This document shows positions 1-12,400 of a stretch of DNA of 64,000 nt, piece after piece. Both the position numbers and the translations under genes were made by a program. Every line of letters begins with the position of its first letter. Within the stretch, counting starts at the first letter, position 1. Origin of the DNA: Microthyrium microscopicum (Eukaryota); contig MU004238.1 in the NCBI GenBank assembly GCA_010405405.1, forward strand, positions 445,530 to 509,529. The letters run 5' to 3'. The notes below the pieces were generated by a model. It did not search any database. It saw only the letters and a program-made list of their open reading frames with translations, and was not told the origin of the DNA.

Positions 1-317
1 TCCCGTTTCCGTGGGTTTCTAGAGATAAAAGTTACAACCAGTAAAGAAATACCAGGATGTCGTGATGATGACATGATTCTGGCGAAACACCAAAAACGCC
101 GGCTCCAATGGAAAGTGTTCCTGAAATTTCCCGTCATATGGTTCGGTAATGGTAAGAAGCATAAAGTGGTTTCGAGTTGCGTCGGTGGAGTCATCGTGAG
201 ACGGTGATGTATCGATGTGTTTAGATATGATAATGTGGGAATTTCTCAGGAAAAGATTCTCTTGAGCCTTGGTCTTGCCATCTAGTGACGTTGTAGATCG
301 AGTCCGGGAGGATATTG

Positions 318-1238
318 TTAAAATCCATCATCTGGGTTCCGGACCTAAGCAGAATTAGTTTCGAGTCGTTCCAATGTATCGATAACTTCATACCTGCAAT
401 ATCCGCCGCGAGTAGTCGGCATTATCAGCAATGCTACCAACACTATTTCTCTTATCGTTTGCTCCATCCAAACGACCATCAGGGGCCCACATTGATGGCC
501 TGGAGTCTGCTCCACTGCTGCCACCAACGAATGATGAAACATCATTTTGCTTCTTGAATTCTTCCAAATCCCGTTGTTGTTTTCTTCGCATGTACATGAA
601 GCCAGCACCAGCAATGGCAGCAAGTACGATCAAGCCAACAATAACACCAACAGCTATGCCGACCGCGTTAGATCCTCCTTTAGAAACGGGAGCAGCTGAG
701 GCCGATGCTGATTGTGTTGCTGGTTTAGCTGTAATCGAAGGCGAGGCGGATGAGACAGATTCGCTAAAGTAAGGGACTGTGTTGAGAGTGAAGCTGGTCT
801 GATAGACCGTCCATACATCAGATGCACCGCCTAGATTAAAGGTTAGCAAGGCATATCCATCTACCAGTCATAGAACATACAATTCTCGCCAGGATAACCT
901 GCGCATGGCGTATTGCATTTGTCATCATCGACCTTATCACTGAGAGCTGGCAGCATGTCTCCACACCAACAGTCAGTACCATTCCCTAATGCCATGGCAG
1001 TGTTCTGTAAAAGGTAGCAGATCTTTTGGCAATTGCCCGAAGATTGAAAGTTATATGGGCCATGGTTGATCATGGGTTGAGCAGAGCTGAAGCAGCCAGC
1101 ATATTTTAACGTCCGAAGGCCAGTCGGTTGTGCAGTTGGTGATGATATGGCGGCTGTGTTGGTGGTGTCTCCGGCTGAAGCAGTTGTGAAGAGGAGGGAG
1201 GCGCTAGCCAGGACAATGGCGATAGTTCTCGAAAACAT
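318..1238 (-). CDS. WSC1: WSC-domain cell wall integrity sensor (Wsc1/Slg1 family); exons 1238-881, 830-394, 344-318
   Basis: Signal peptide MFSRTIAIVLASASLLFTTASA, Cys-rich WSC domain (YAGCFS...CQKIC...CWCG...CNTPCAGYPGENCG), Ser/Thr stalk, single TM (AVGIAVGVIVGLIVLAAIAGAGF) and the Wsc tail DYSRRILQVRNPD, completed by two GT-AG introns with branch sites. Confidence 0.92.
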
Positions 1239-3929
1239 TTTGCAGGTATGAAGACGGTTTGATGTGCGTAAAAATCGTAGCAAATGGTATTATTGAAACA
1301 GCTGTAGAGGTAGTCACCTGGAGATTGAATGGTCAGTTTGAATGCACCTGTAAAGAAAGGCTTTGTTGAGCAGCTTGTCACGCGTACCAGTGACCAGTTC
1401 TCAGCAGGAAAGCATGTAGAGAAGGAGGTGAAGGGATAGGTGGGCGTATAGCGAGCGGTTGAAACCTGTGGATGAAAGAATGACAGGCAAGCAGGTTGGA
1501 GATGGAGGATGTTGAGGTGTAGAGAAGAAGAAGATGGAAAAGCAGTAGCGGGATTGGCGGGAGGGTGGAATTGGAATGTGTTGAGCACTGATGCGGAAGG
1601 AAGCCCCTTGGAGGCGTTGGCTGGGGCGGGTTGTGACCGGCGAAAAGGGCAAGAACGCTGCGATAGTCACAGAAAGAACGACTGTATCCAAACAGAAAGA
1701 GCGAGTAACGAGTACAGCAGAAGTAACTCAATAACGAGAGTAGCAGCGGTTGACAGTGCAAATGAAGGTAGACAGCGCAACGATTCACAGAGTTTTGAAG
1801 CAAATGAGAGAGAAGTTGGTGAGAGAGGGATTGGCAGCAGCGGAGATGACCAGAGACACCACAGACAGGCTTCAAGGAGAGAGAGGTCTCAGTCGACACC
1901 ACCAAAACCATGTAAGCTTGGCCCAAAAGGGGAGGCGTGCCTGCAGGAGACAAGCTTGTTGCAAGCGGGAGACTCTCGTTCCTGCCGCACTGGCGCGTGC
2001 TGCACCACACTAGCCCTGCTTTAGTCTTGCTAATCACCACTAGTGTCTGTGCCTTCCCAAACAAAACATTCATGTCTAACTTTGTTTGGCATCAATCATA
2101 CATGGATAACCATTATTGCCATGTCTCTCCTATCAAACTGCCAGAATCACGATGCAACTCTCTATTTTTCTGTGCCTTGCTTAAACCAACTCTAGCTTTT
2201 CTGTACAATTGCTGCGCCACCACCCAATCCTACTATCGTATCACTCTACTATCAATCAGGGCCTTCTTCGGTATCTTTTCAATAAAAGGCCCACCAAGAC
2301 CAGGTCACCCAGGCCAGCCAAGCAGTCCCTCTCCCTGCAATGAAATCTCATGCAAAGCTTAAGATATAAGCTAACACCGACTAAAACGCTTCAATTGCAA
2401 TCCCTTCAACTAAAATATAACCCAAATAATAATCAGGCCATGGAGATAGATGTCTTCTTTGCACTGTACGACTTTCGTCCGACTCTGCAAGATGACTGTT
2501 GTACCACATTGTACGCGTTGCTCAAGAAGAAGAAAAGTACAGTCGCGTCCAGGCGAACTGGGAACCGAACAAGAACCGATCGCCCTGGACAAGTCGATCA
2601 AGGCCCTGTCTGGCTCTGCTTGGAACAAAAAGGAAAATCGGGTCGCCTTACCCAGTAAATAATGCATGAGACCTTTTGACATGCAGGTCCCCGTAAATTC
2701 GTATAAAGTACAGACAAACTGTCCCTACGACTCCACAAGAAAAACTTCTTGCTTGCACCTCATAAAACCAAGAATGAGAATCGCGTGTTTTCTTCCCTTT
2801 CGCCACAAGCAAGTGGGTCCAAAAGTGTCCCGATAACGATTAGAATACCAATATCGGCCCCGCCTAGATTCCACGTTCTTATTGTTTTAACGCGTCGCGT
2901 TCGCATGTTTGCCATGTGGCCACACAAGCTGAAATCATACTCTACAGCAACTATCCGCAAGAGTCAGCTCTCTCCATCTCCCATCCCAAATTCATCCAAC
3001 TCCAAACCATTGAATGACTATACGTACCCCTCATTTAATTCCTTCACAATCGATTGAAACCCCAGACTCCAGAGTCCATCCAGTGAATATGAAAAAGCTC
3101 GGGCATACAGTTCCCCATGTTTTGAAATATATAGTTTCATCCAATGGAATGGTCCTGTCCGATGGAGTCGAATGGACATGATTTGCACCAGGAACAAGTT
3201 TACAGTCTGCGTAGATCCTGTTCATTTGGTTCCTGAAACATCCTTGTTTCAAGGGTGCTTGCAACCAATCGTGTGGCCAATGGTGTTGCACGTTTCAAAT
3301 CTCCCCTGTCGGTTCGTGGCTAGGGAGTTGAGCATCGTAATTCTGGATTGGGAGATCGTGTGTGGCTGCCTTTTGTTGAGATCGGAAAACCCCTGGGTGA
3401 GGCGGAGCAGAGATATCCTAGGTTTAGTGTTTAGAGCATCCTTGAGAATACTTTATATTGTAGGAAGGGGACGACGGCTAGCATGTCATCATACTGAAAA
3501 GAATATGTAGTAAGTTGAAACATCTATTCATTCTACAGTAGATACAGTTCAAAATGTGCTGTGCTAAGTATAGGAATCAAACTCCCAATATCCTCCATCC
3601 AAGCCAATCTCCTACCTCCGAGTTCTGTCGTGCTGAGAAATGATGTATGTGAAATCTGTGGTAGGTATGGCGGCTAAGCTACCCATAAGGCAAAGAGTTG
3701 GTGATAGAGTTGGCGATATCTCTGCTTTCCATAGTCGTATGTCAACATCCCCATGCCATGTAAAGATGTCGCCGCAATCCCAGAGTAACATAGTCGTATA
3801 AAGCTGAGTGAACGCATAGCCAATATCCCGACCCATCAAGCAACGCAAATGCAAATCAAAACCTTTACCTCGCTCCCCAAACCAACAAAATCCTTCAAGC
3901 AATGTTATCAACCTCAAGCCCACTCCTAA

Positions 3930-6900
3930 TCACACAGCAACGGCAGTCAACAAACTAGCCGTCCTCGAATCCGCCATCCGACTCCCCGCCCCATCCCCCA
4001 AAATCGCAATCGCACCCGCATTATAAGCATGCGGAGCCTGCCAATCCGCAAAACTCTCTCCATTCTCACTCCAATTGCTGCCCTCATCCGCATCACGCAG
4101 CCCACCTCGCGCGCCCCGAGGATTATTGCGTCGTCCGCTCATGGTGCGCAATAATTCGCCTCCACGGTATAGTAGAGATTTTAGACGGTCTACTAGACGT
4201 TTGGCTTTGACTTCTGATTTTGGCATGCCGGTGATTAGTGCTGCGACATCCTCGGCGTCAGGAGGGGAAGAAGAGGAGTGGCGGTCAGGCTCAGAGATTG
4301 TTTCGCGTTCGTGGGAGGGCCGCGAGAGGAGGGGGATGTGGCCTGCGGATTGGGTTTGTCTGCTGCCTAGGATACCGCTTCTGACGGTAGCTGTGGTGGC
4401 TGCGGTGGCGGGTCTGGCGGTAGATGGACGGGATCGTGCAATCTTGTGTTCACCGCCTAGTCTTAGTCGTAGGCCAGAAGTTAAGCGTTTTCGGAATGAG
4501 CCTCCACGAGGCCGTTGCGCGCGGCGTTGTTTGGTAGCGGAACTGTCGTCTGAGAAGAAGGAATGGACATCGTCGATGTTTAGCAAGGCAGCAGGTGGAG
4601 AGAGACCGGTGGTTGGGTAGCGGTCTCCTGGATCTACTGCGCGATCTCCATCAGAGCTGAGGAGATGGGAGGAGGTCGCGAGACCATGTTCAGCAGTGTG
4701 TTTGTCGGCGGTGGCTTTCGCAATGGCAGCAGCAGCAGGCACAGCACCAAGAACTTTTCGCGAAATTTGGTCAAGGAGGGTATGTTTTTTACTTCCTCTT
4801 CGTTTCGTTGTCGCTGGTGGTGCCGTCTCAATGACTTCGCTCCCTACCACCACATCATCTACGAGGCCAGGGAAGGCTTCGTTGGCTGATGCTTCTGAGC
4901 TGGACAGTAAACGGCGATGTATACCTTCAGAACTGAGTTTTTGGCTGAGCGCATGTTGCAATGGAGACGGTGTATTGGGGAAATGAATATCGATATAAGG
5001 GATACTGTTCGACCACGGATAGCTTGTATCTAAATTCCACGGTCGTGGATCTGCGTGTAAATCTGCATATGGTGAACGCATAGAACGATGAGATGGGCGG
5101 GCTAGTCTATTCATGCGGTCTAAGATTGTGGCGTCGACTTCACTATCGGAGTAGGAGCGGACACGGTGGTTGAGAGGAGAAGGGTTTGAGTCAGCACCAC
5201 CACCTGGAGCTGCGCTGGGGGGTGGAACTGAGAGTGGTCGTTCTGGTGAGAAGGGACATGGATCTGAATGGCGTTGACGGTCGAGGCAAAGACTGGCTCG
5301 GAAAGCTTGCTGGGCTTCGTCGGCGGCTCCTGGATTGTCCAACATGATGTTGTGGGGAGAAGCGAGCGTTATGCGCCAGTTTTCATCGGTGGGAACGGCA
5401 TCTTCTTCGCCATCAATCTTTCCCAGGCCGCGGATTTCGTCGAGGGTGGTCTCGAGTTGATCTTTGACTTTCTCTGGGGGCTGCTCTTCTTCTTCATCAA
5501 TCTCAACAAAGTGACGTCGCAGAGAAGGGAAGATCTCAGAAAGACGTTGAGTAAGAGCACCGGTTGAAGGGACAGAAAGCCGATTGACCTCATCAATCAA
5601 CTCATCCGGCGACAAGGGCCTAAAGGTTGGAACGAACTGCTCCAAGGTCGGTGGATTGTCCTCCGGATTGAATTCATCCATATCCTCATGCATTTCCAAA
5701 TTGTCAGAGTCAACTAGTTCAGCGATTCCCTCTGGAGCTGCAGCCATGTCTTCGAGTGATAAAAGCAAACTTCGATATTTATCACGCATGACGCCAGAGA
5801 CAGGTCGTGGTTGAATAGGCTCAGGAGACTCGATAAACAACTCTTCAAAAGAGCCAATAGAGGCCCGACGCAGATCCAAAGCATCGTTCAACTTTGCAAG
5901 AAGATTGGCACTGCTGAAGTTCAACGACGGAATAGCACGCATCTCCGCAAAGGTTGGCCCAGTAGCTTTGAAGATCGTATGTTGAGTAGACTGAGTATGC
6001 ATACTCTGATTGAGACTCTCCGCATCCTTCGAGCTGCGATTCGCCTTCGAGTCCTTTGACTGTCGTCTCTCTTTGGAATTGCGAATATTCTCCAGAACAC
6101 CCTTCGCAACCGAACTTCTCGCAAAAGGGAACGTAAAGCCAGGGCTGTTTCTCAAATCATTCGCACTCTCCAAATTCGGTTCCTCTTTCACATCTGGCAA
6201 CGCACCAGCAGCGCGTATCATATTGAAACGTTCTGTCTTTGCTGTCTCAACTACAACCTCCTTCTCTTTGGGCATACTGTCGCTGCTACCGGGAAGAGTG
6301 GTAGTGCTTGATGCAACGATCTTACGGTAAGACCAAACAGACGATGATCCACCAGAAGATGTGCTAATACTAGCCTGTGGTGAAGACGCTGGCTGTGCGG
6401 CATCAGTGGCACTTAGGGCGCTGACTGGGCTGGAGTGAGTTGTCATGTGTGCTTCGTGGCTCAGCGGGGAGACTTGGTAGTTGTTACCGGAAGTACGGGC
6501 GGTTTCGTCTGGGCCGATGACTGAGAAGGTTGGGATGCGTTGTGCTTCTTGACGGGAGCGATGTTTGTCGCATTCAATGGGTTTGGAGGTCTTGGAAGTT
6601 CTGTCGATGCTTGCGCGTGGGCCGAGTGAGGCTCTGTCAAGACTCGCTCGTGGAGGCATGGGCATTCTGTCAAAGCTAGAGCGAGGCATGACATTTCGTT
6701 CCATGCTTGTGCGAGTCACCATATTTCTCTCCATGCTAGCTCGTGCCGGGATGGAAATTCGATCAAAACTCATTCTCGGCAGCTCCACAGAGACTCTTGG
6801 AATCGAAAGCTTTCCAGGAGCTTGCCCGTTGGGTTGTGTAGTACCCAATCCATTCTGGGAGCTCACAGACCCACGATCAGAGCGTCGAATAGACCAACGC

Positions 6901-8762
6901 TTCTTGATCTTGTCAATGACCGTCTCGGAAGTATCAACCGTGATAGGCGGGGGCATAGGCGGAGCTGAAATAGATGAAGTAGATCGTCGAACTTGATGGT
7001 TTCCAGTCAAACCAGAGCCCATCGACATGGCCTTGCGGAGATCGAATTTGCCCATGGAGCCTCCGCTAGCATACGCTGCCATCGGAGGATTTGGCATTAC
7101 CATTGGAGGAAGTGGCAGTGGAGGCAAAGGAGGCAACTCATTATCCTCCACAGACCTCGCAGCGAAATCCGTCACATCGGTGTTGGTGGGTCGAGAGTAC
7201 ACGGACTGGCTAACCGACTTCAAACTCAGTCTATCATACTCATCAACCGGACTGCGATCCTCTGGGCTCGGAGCAAGGAGGATTTCAGCAGCGATGTCAG
7301 GCACTGGTGGGCTGATGATCTCCTCAATAGTAGTCGAAGGCTCCAAATTCTCGCTCGAAGGACGTAACGCTTGCATGACCAATTCACGAGTCAAGCGACG
7401 TGCAACTGGTGTGGCAGGCAACTCTGGAATATCTGGAATAGGTGCCTCGTAGAAACTGTGGTGAGGCGTATTTGGACCAGTCGATTGTGCAAGAGTGTGG
7501 GCATTTTTGGCATTTTCTTCGAGAAGAGTGCGGATGCGTTCTACAAAGCCGAGAGGCATGGGACTGTCGGGTGTGATTTCATTGTAAATCTCAGTGACTT
7601 CTTTCTCAAGGTCATTGAAATCTTCGCCATAGTCGTAGTAGGTTGGTGCTGTGGGAGCGAGGCCATGCATGTTTACTGTTCCTGTGCTTTGATTTACGAT
7701 TGCTGGATGGGCCATGCCGAGATTTGGTGGAGTAGGCGGAGTGGAAGATGGTGGCTCTGAGGACGAGACGATCTGGGCATTTGTAGATGTGCGTGAATGG
7801 TTGCCATGGGCTGTCAAATGTCTATATGATCCACTCTGCTTTGCATGATACATGGAATGATCAGACAGAGATGGTGTATCGTCTCTAGACATGCCAGGAA
7901 CTCCATTGCCGCCCATGTAAGAGAAGCTAGGCACAGTGGGCGTAGATCTGTTACGTAGAGTCGGGTACGGCGCTTGATGGCGAGGAATAGGAGCAATTGG
8001 CAATCCAGGAGCTGGTTTGAGTCTAGATCCACCATTCTGGCCTTGGCCAAATCGAGAGAGTGGGACACCAGTCATATCGCTCAGTGCTGGCGAAGATGGC
8101 CGATAGCCCGGACGCTTGAGTCGTGCAGGATATTTGAATGGTGATTTTGGTCTTGGATACGGTTCAGCCCGGCTGCGAAGGCTTGTGAGAGATCGATTGT
8201 GCGAGAAGCCATAGGACGGCATCATTGCGTTTGTCATTGAAAATGAGCGTCCGGCATCAACGGAGTATGAGTGGGGTCCTAGAGGGATCGAAGGACTCTC
8301 TGCTCGCTGGATGAAGCCAGGATGCATCTGCTCAAAGGATGAAGGAGCTGTGATGTTACTGGTGATTGATCGATGACGTCCGGCAGAAGAGCTGGATGGC
8401 CAACCGTGATGGCGAGAGGAGAATTGACCGGGCTGCGAAGACGATGAGCCTGCTGACATGCGAGAGTTTGCTCCAGTGCGGTTGTTTGGGCGACGATGAT
8501 GACCACCATGACCGCCGCCCTTGCGAGCGTTTCTGTTGTTTGTCACCAAAGAAGCTACATCGCCAATTTCCATGGTAGTTCGAAGCATGCCCATGACGCC
8601 TGGAGCAGTTGAAAGCCCTTCAGATTTGGCGGTAATGACATTGTGATGGCTTGTCTTTCGATGTCCATGTCCACCTTTCGAGTTGTTGGAGAAGTTTGAT
8701 GCACGACTTGTACGGCCACTGATGTTGGGATCACGCTCAGAGAGCGGAAATGATGACTGCAT
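3930..8762 (-). CDS. Large Ser/Pro/Arg-rich, probably disordered fungal hypothetical protein (1610 aa, single ORF)
   Basis: Uninterrupted 4.8 kb ORF from ATG. Short conserved-looking islands (YPARLKRPGYRPSSPALSD, PTYYDYGEDF, RPWNLDTSYPWS, VDPGDRYPTTGL). No recognisable enzyme domain. Confidence 0.85.
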   Translation of the reverse strand: MQSSFPLSERDPNISGRTSRASNFSNNSKGGHGHRKTSHHNVITAKSEGLSTAPGVMGMLRTTMEIGDVASLVTNNRNARKGGGHGGHHRRPNNRTGANSRMSAGSSSSQPGQFSSRHHGWPSSSSAGRHRSITSNITAPSSFEQMHPGFIQRAESPSIPLGPHSYSVDAGRSFSMTNAMMPSYGFSHNRSLTSLRSRAEPYPRPKSPFKYPARLKRPGYRPSSPALSDMTGVPLSRFGQGQNGGSRLKPAPGLPIAPIPRHQAPYPTLRNRSTPTVPSFSYMGGNGVPGMSRDDTPSLSDHSMYHAKQSGSYRHLTAHGNHSRTSTNAQIVSSSEPPSSTPPTPPNLGMAHPAIVNQSTGTVNMHGLAPTAPTYYDYGEDFNDLEKEVTEIYNEITPDSPMPLGFVERIRTLLEENAKNAHTLAQSTGPNTPHHSFYEAPIPDIPELPATPVARRLTRELVMQALRPSSENLEPSTTIEEIISPPVPDIAAEILLAPSPEDRSPVDEYDRLSLKSVSQSVYSRPTNTDVTDFAARSVEDNELPPLPPLPLPPMVMPNPPMAAYASGGSMGKFDLRKAMSMGSGLTGNHQVRRSTSSISAPPMPPPITVDTSETVIDKIKKRWSIRRSDRGSVSSQNGLGTTQPNGQAPGKLSIPRVSVELPRMSFDRISIPARASMERNMVTRTSMERNVMPRSSFDRMPMPPRASLDRASLGPRASIDRTSKTSKPIECDKHRSRQEAQRIPTFSVIGPDETARTSGNNYQVSPLSHEAHMTTHSSPVSALSATDAAQPASSPQASISTSSGGSSSVWSYRKIVASSTTTLPGSSDSMPKEKEVVVETAKTERFNMIRAAGALPDVKEEPNLESANDLRNSPGFTFPFARSSVAKGVLENIRNSKERRQSKDSKANRSSKDAESLNQSMHTQSTQHTIFKATGPTFAEMRAIPSLNFSSANLLAKLNDALDLRRASIGSFEELFIESPEPIQPRPVSGVMRDKYRSLLLSLEDMAAAPEGIAELVDSDNLEMHEDMDEFNPEDNPPTLEQFVPTFRPLSPDELIDEVNRLSVPSTGALTQRLSEIFPSLRRHFVEIDEEEEQPPEKVKDQLETTLDEIRGLGKIDGEEDAVPTDENWRITLASPHNIMLDNPGAADEAQQAFRASLCLDRQRHSDPCPFSPERPLSVPPPSAAPGGGADSNPSPLNHRVRSYSDSEVDATILDRMNRLARPSHRSMRSPYADLHADPRPWNLDTSYPWSNSIPYIDIHFPNTPSPLQHALSQKLSSEGIHRRLLSSSEASANEAFPGLVDDVVVGSEVIETAPPATTKRRGSKKHTLLDQISRKVLGAVPAAAAIAKATADKHTAEHGLATSSHLLSSDGDRAVDPGDRYPTTGLSPPAALLNIDDVHSFFSDDSSATKQRRAQRPRGGSFRKRLTSGLRLRLGGEHKIARSRPSTARPATAATTATVRSGILGSRQTQSAGHIPLLSRPSHERETISEPDRHSSSSPPDAEDVAALITGMPKSEVKAKRLVDRLKSLLYRGGELLRTMSGRRNNPRGARGGLRDADEGSNWSENGESFADWQAPHAYNAGAIAILGDGAGSRMADSRTASLLTAVAV

Positions 8763-9474
8763 AATGGAGTCGAGGAGGATACTAAATGAGTGATGTATCC
8801 AAATGCCTCAACCCTTGAGGGCAGAAGAGTATGCAAGAATGCGATGCTCCAAAGTAAAAGATCGGGAAGATGTAGAGGAATGAGGTATTCGACAAGAAAA
8901 CATAAGACCATGGATGGAGGAAGGCATAGTGCCAGTGATGCTGAGCAAAGCAGTAATTGGAGCCCATGTTGAACAGCGGCTGGTTGTTGAAAGAAGACGA
9001 GGGTAGTCTAGATGCAATAAAAACACAAGTCAGTCTGAAACTTGCCTGATAGGGAAAGTTCCCACGCTCCGGAAGGAGATCGAGCCTAAGGTAGCGAGAA
9101 CGTGTTGCAAGAAGGCCACGGGGGCTGTAGGACGGAAAGTTCAATTCTATGGCACTCCTGCTGCGGGAGCACCGGATCATATTTACAAATAGTTGTTACA
9201 ATGAATAAGATGCAAAATGCGATTGCCCAAAAAAAAAACAGGAAGAGCAGGAGCTCAGGGGTATGTCCGCAATATAAACAAAGGATACACAAGGGACCAA
9301 ATTCTAACAGCAAGTTGATTGATATAAAACAACAGGCTTATTAGTGACCATTTTGTGTGTGCATTTCTTTCATGTCGACGTAGTCCTTAAACAACATGTA
9401 TATGCGCAATGTGGTAATCAATATGTACCGTGAACGCTCATTGAAAATGCAAGTAGCTCCATCAGGCCCAGAGA

Positions 9475-12400
9475 TTATGAGACATTCATAGGCTTTTGTC
9501 CTCGTCTCCCAAATCCCATGAGCTTCTTCAGTTTCAAGCCCACTCCTATCTTTGGTGCTACTGTCGATTTGCCGCCATCTCGGGTTCGGGGTACCAGCCG
9601 GGGAGGTTGAGCAGGAGGATCGGGCAACGCACTGTCAGCCTCTTCTCCGACGCCAATCTCTGTCATGCTTCTTTCCCTTAGAGGCAATGCCATTGCACTT
9701 CTGGAGCGTAAATCAATCAAGGATGGAGAAGACGTTGGAAACAATGCAAGTTTGTTCCTTGATGGTGGTTTCATGGATCCAGATGTTGAGGGTCTTGCTT
9801 GGTCCATAAGATCTCTTATAGAAGGCGGGAAGCCAGAGGTCGTTGAAAACGCAGAGCTAGGACCCAACGGCGATGCAGCCCGCTTTTCGGCCGCATTCGT
9901 ATCTATTGATTGCGGAGGAGGAGATCGGATTGATGACGTTGATGGCCTTGAAAAGCCCTCACGTTCACGCATTGCAGTGGACGGGAATTGAAATGGAAGA
10001 CTATCACGCCCCACGGGATGTGATCTGGTCGGGGAAAGAATACTGAGCATGGAGTCTGGCTTGGGCGATGTTGCTCGTGGGGCGGAAATGAATGATTCGT
10101 CGGAATCAGAGTCGGAATCGTCCATGGCTGGCGGAAGAGCTGGTAGCGCTTTGTTTAAAATGGACGGAGCAGGAGAGCTAGCAAGTACACGGCCCGAGTA
10201 ACGTTCGCTTCCGATTCGGACAGGAGTTTCAACGCTTTCAATCTCTTGTGGCTGAGGAGATTGCGCCCTTGGACTATGTGCCAATCGCGGTATTTCCGTC
10301 CGTATGGTCACACTATGATGTGGGGACGAATTCTTAGACTGGACTAGGAGAGAGTTGGAGCTCAAACTGTCGGTATTGGACTCTCTCAAAAGTCCAGTCG
10401 CATCTGATTTGAATGTTGAGGGTACAGGCGAACTTGTACGTGTTGATATCATCGAAGGAGTTTCCGTTCTAGGAAGTGGAATGTTTGCAGGAGTTTCGCT
10501 TCGTAGCTCCATCGGCGAGGCATGAGACTCTGTTTTTACTGGCTCGTTGATCGTAGGTAAATTGATTCCCAGTCCATCCAGGATCGACTCTCTTGTTGTT
10601 TCTATGCTGGCTTTAGGTGTGCTGGCTTTCGGTGAAGCGCTGCGAAAAGGATGCATGAATGGAGACCCCGCATCCGATGAAGACTCGGATGATGAGGAGA
10701 GATCTTCGAGGACATCAGTCTCTTTGATCACCGGAGACTCCTCATCAGTGTCTGCCGATTCAATTGGACTTGTTCTCACAACTTCAATGATTCGTGGCCT
10801 TTCCAGAGATATCACTGGTGAATCAGACCGGGAATGATTAACAAGAATCGGTCGGTCCAAGGGGTGGGCATTTGAGCTTTGGCTGGAATGTGATGTAGGT
10901 CTTGATGTAGTTGATGGAGGGGATAGTGGTAAGGCTACCGTCGGGTCTGAGGAAGATGACTTGGAGGTTTGAGATTGGTGTGATGAGTCTGCCGTAGCTG
11001 GCAACCTCGAGGAACCAGGAATTGGTGATCGAGAGGGTTCTGCAACTAGTGATCGAGAGAAGTCTGGAACTGGCGACTTGGAGGAATCTGCCGTAGCCTG
11101 CGATCTCGCATCTACAGCACCTTTCATTTCCTCCGACCTTCGCTGTATACCCGAAGGATTCGGGGTATGGCCCGGCGAATTCCCCGGAGCAGGAGACGGA
11201 ATAGCTTGTATGGATCCAGGCACCGGCTTCCGCCTTATAACCATCGACGGTGCGGGAGAATGCTTGGGCGTGTAGCTCATAGAATCCGAAAACGCTGGTG
11301 GGCTCTGAAGTCCGAGAGTAGATTCATTTAGCGAAGGTTGGTATGGAGATGGCACGGATCGTTCTATGCTTGTGGGCGGACTTGTTGGAGAGGCCTGCGA
11401 TATGGGGGACGCAGCACTCAGAGTTGGAGACGCCAGAACCGGAGAAGCCAGAGTAGGAGAAGATATAGGAGGCGGTGGTGGCGATGATAGCGGAGCTGAT
11501 GGTAATGCTACAACTGCCGTTGGTGATGTTGCTGGTGAAGATTTTGAAGCTGGCAACGGGTCCAACATGCTCCGCACATTTGACGTTGGTTGAGGTATTT
11601 TCGATGTATGGGCCACGTCCTCTTCGATGACTCGTTCCGTAGTCTTCGCATTCCGTGCACTGCTTTCCGCTTTCGCTCGACCCGGCAGTATTCTCGTCGT
11701 AACAGCCGTGGCTTTCTCCTCCTCAATAGCTTTCTCAGCGGTCTTCGCATTCCTCGCACTACTCCCAGCTCTTGCCCTCCCAATAAACCCAAGTTTCTCC
11801 GCCGTAATAGTAACCTCATCCTCCTCAATCGGCTGATCACTCGGCTTCGCACCCCTTGCACTACTCCCCGCCCTCGCCCTTCCCGTAAACGAAAACTTCT
11901 CGCCCAACGAAATGCGTCTCGGTCGAGTCAGTTTCGGCAATTTTGGAATCTTGCTCTTCTTCGTCTTACTTCCTTTCGGCAACTCCGGGACTGCGGGTGC
12001 ATCGTCTGCGGTGCCGACGAAGAGGGAGGCGATGGTAGCAGTGCTCGCTCGTTTATCCGTAATGGCGGTGGCGCGTTTCTCGGAGATATTTGTTCGGCGT
12101 TTCCAGGCGCCGTCTTCTGAGCGGCCGGACTTTTGGGAGGAGAAGGATTTTGCGTAGGCTAGGGCTGGGTTTGGTCGGGTTTTTGGGACTGTGGAGGCGT
12201 TGTCTTGGAGGGCGCGGAGGATGTCGTCTGGTCCTTGGGGAAGGGGTTTGGATTCGGTGTGGTTGCTGGATTGGCGGGGTGGGTAGGCTGCTCTTATGGT
12301 GTCGTCGGAGTGGGAGGGTGAGTCGCTGTTTGATGGGGATGTAGCTTTATTTGATAGTGCCTGGTAGGAGATCAGTAAATGGTGATTATAGGAGCAAACG

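Noticed and set aside
1378..2073. Overlapping ORFs 1378-2073 (-) and 1509-2024 (+) as genes
   Set aside because: Pyrimidine/purine-biased leader and promoter of WSC1, which includes a probable 5'UTR intron at ~1386-1318. The translations show no domain features.
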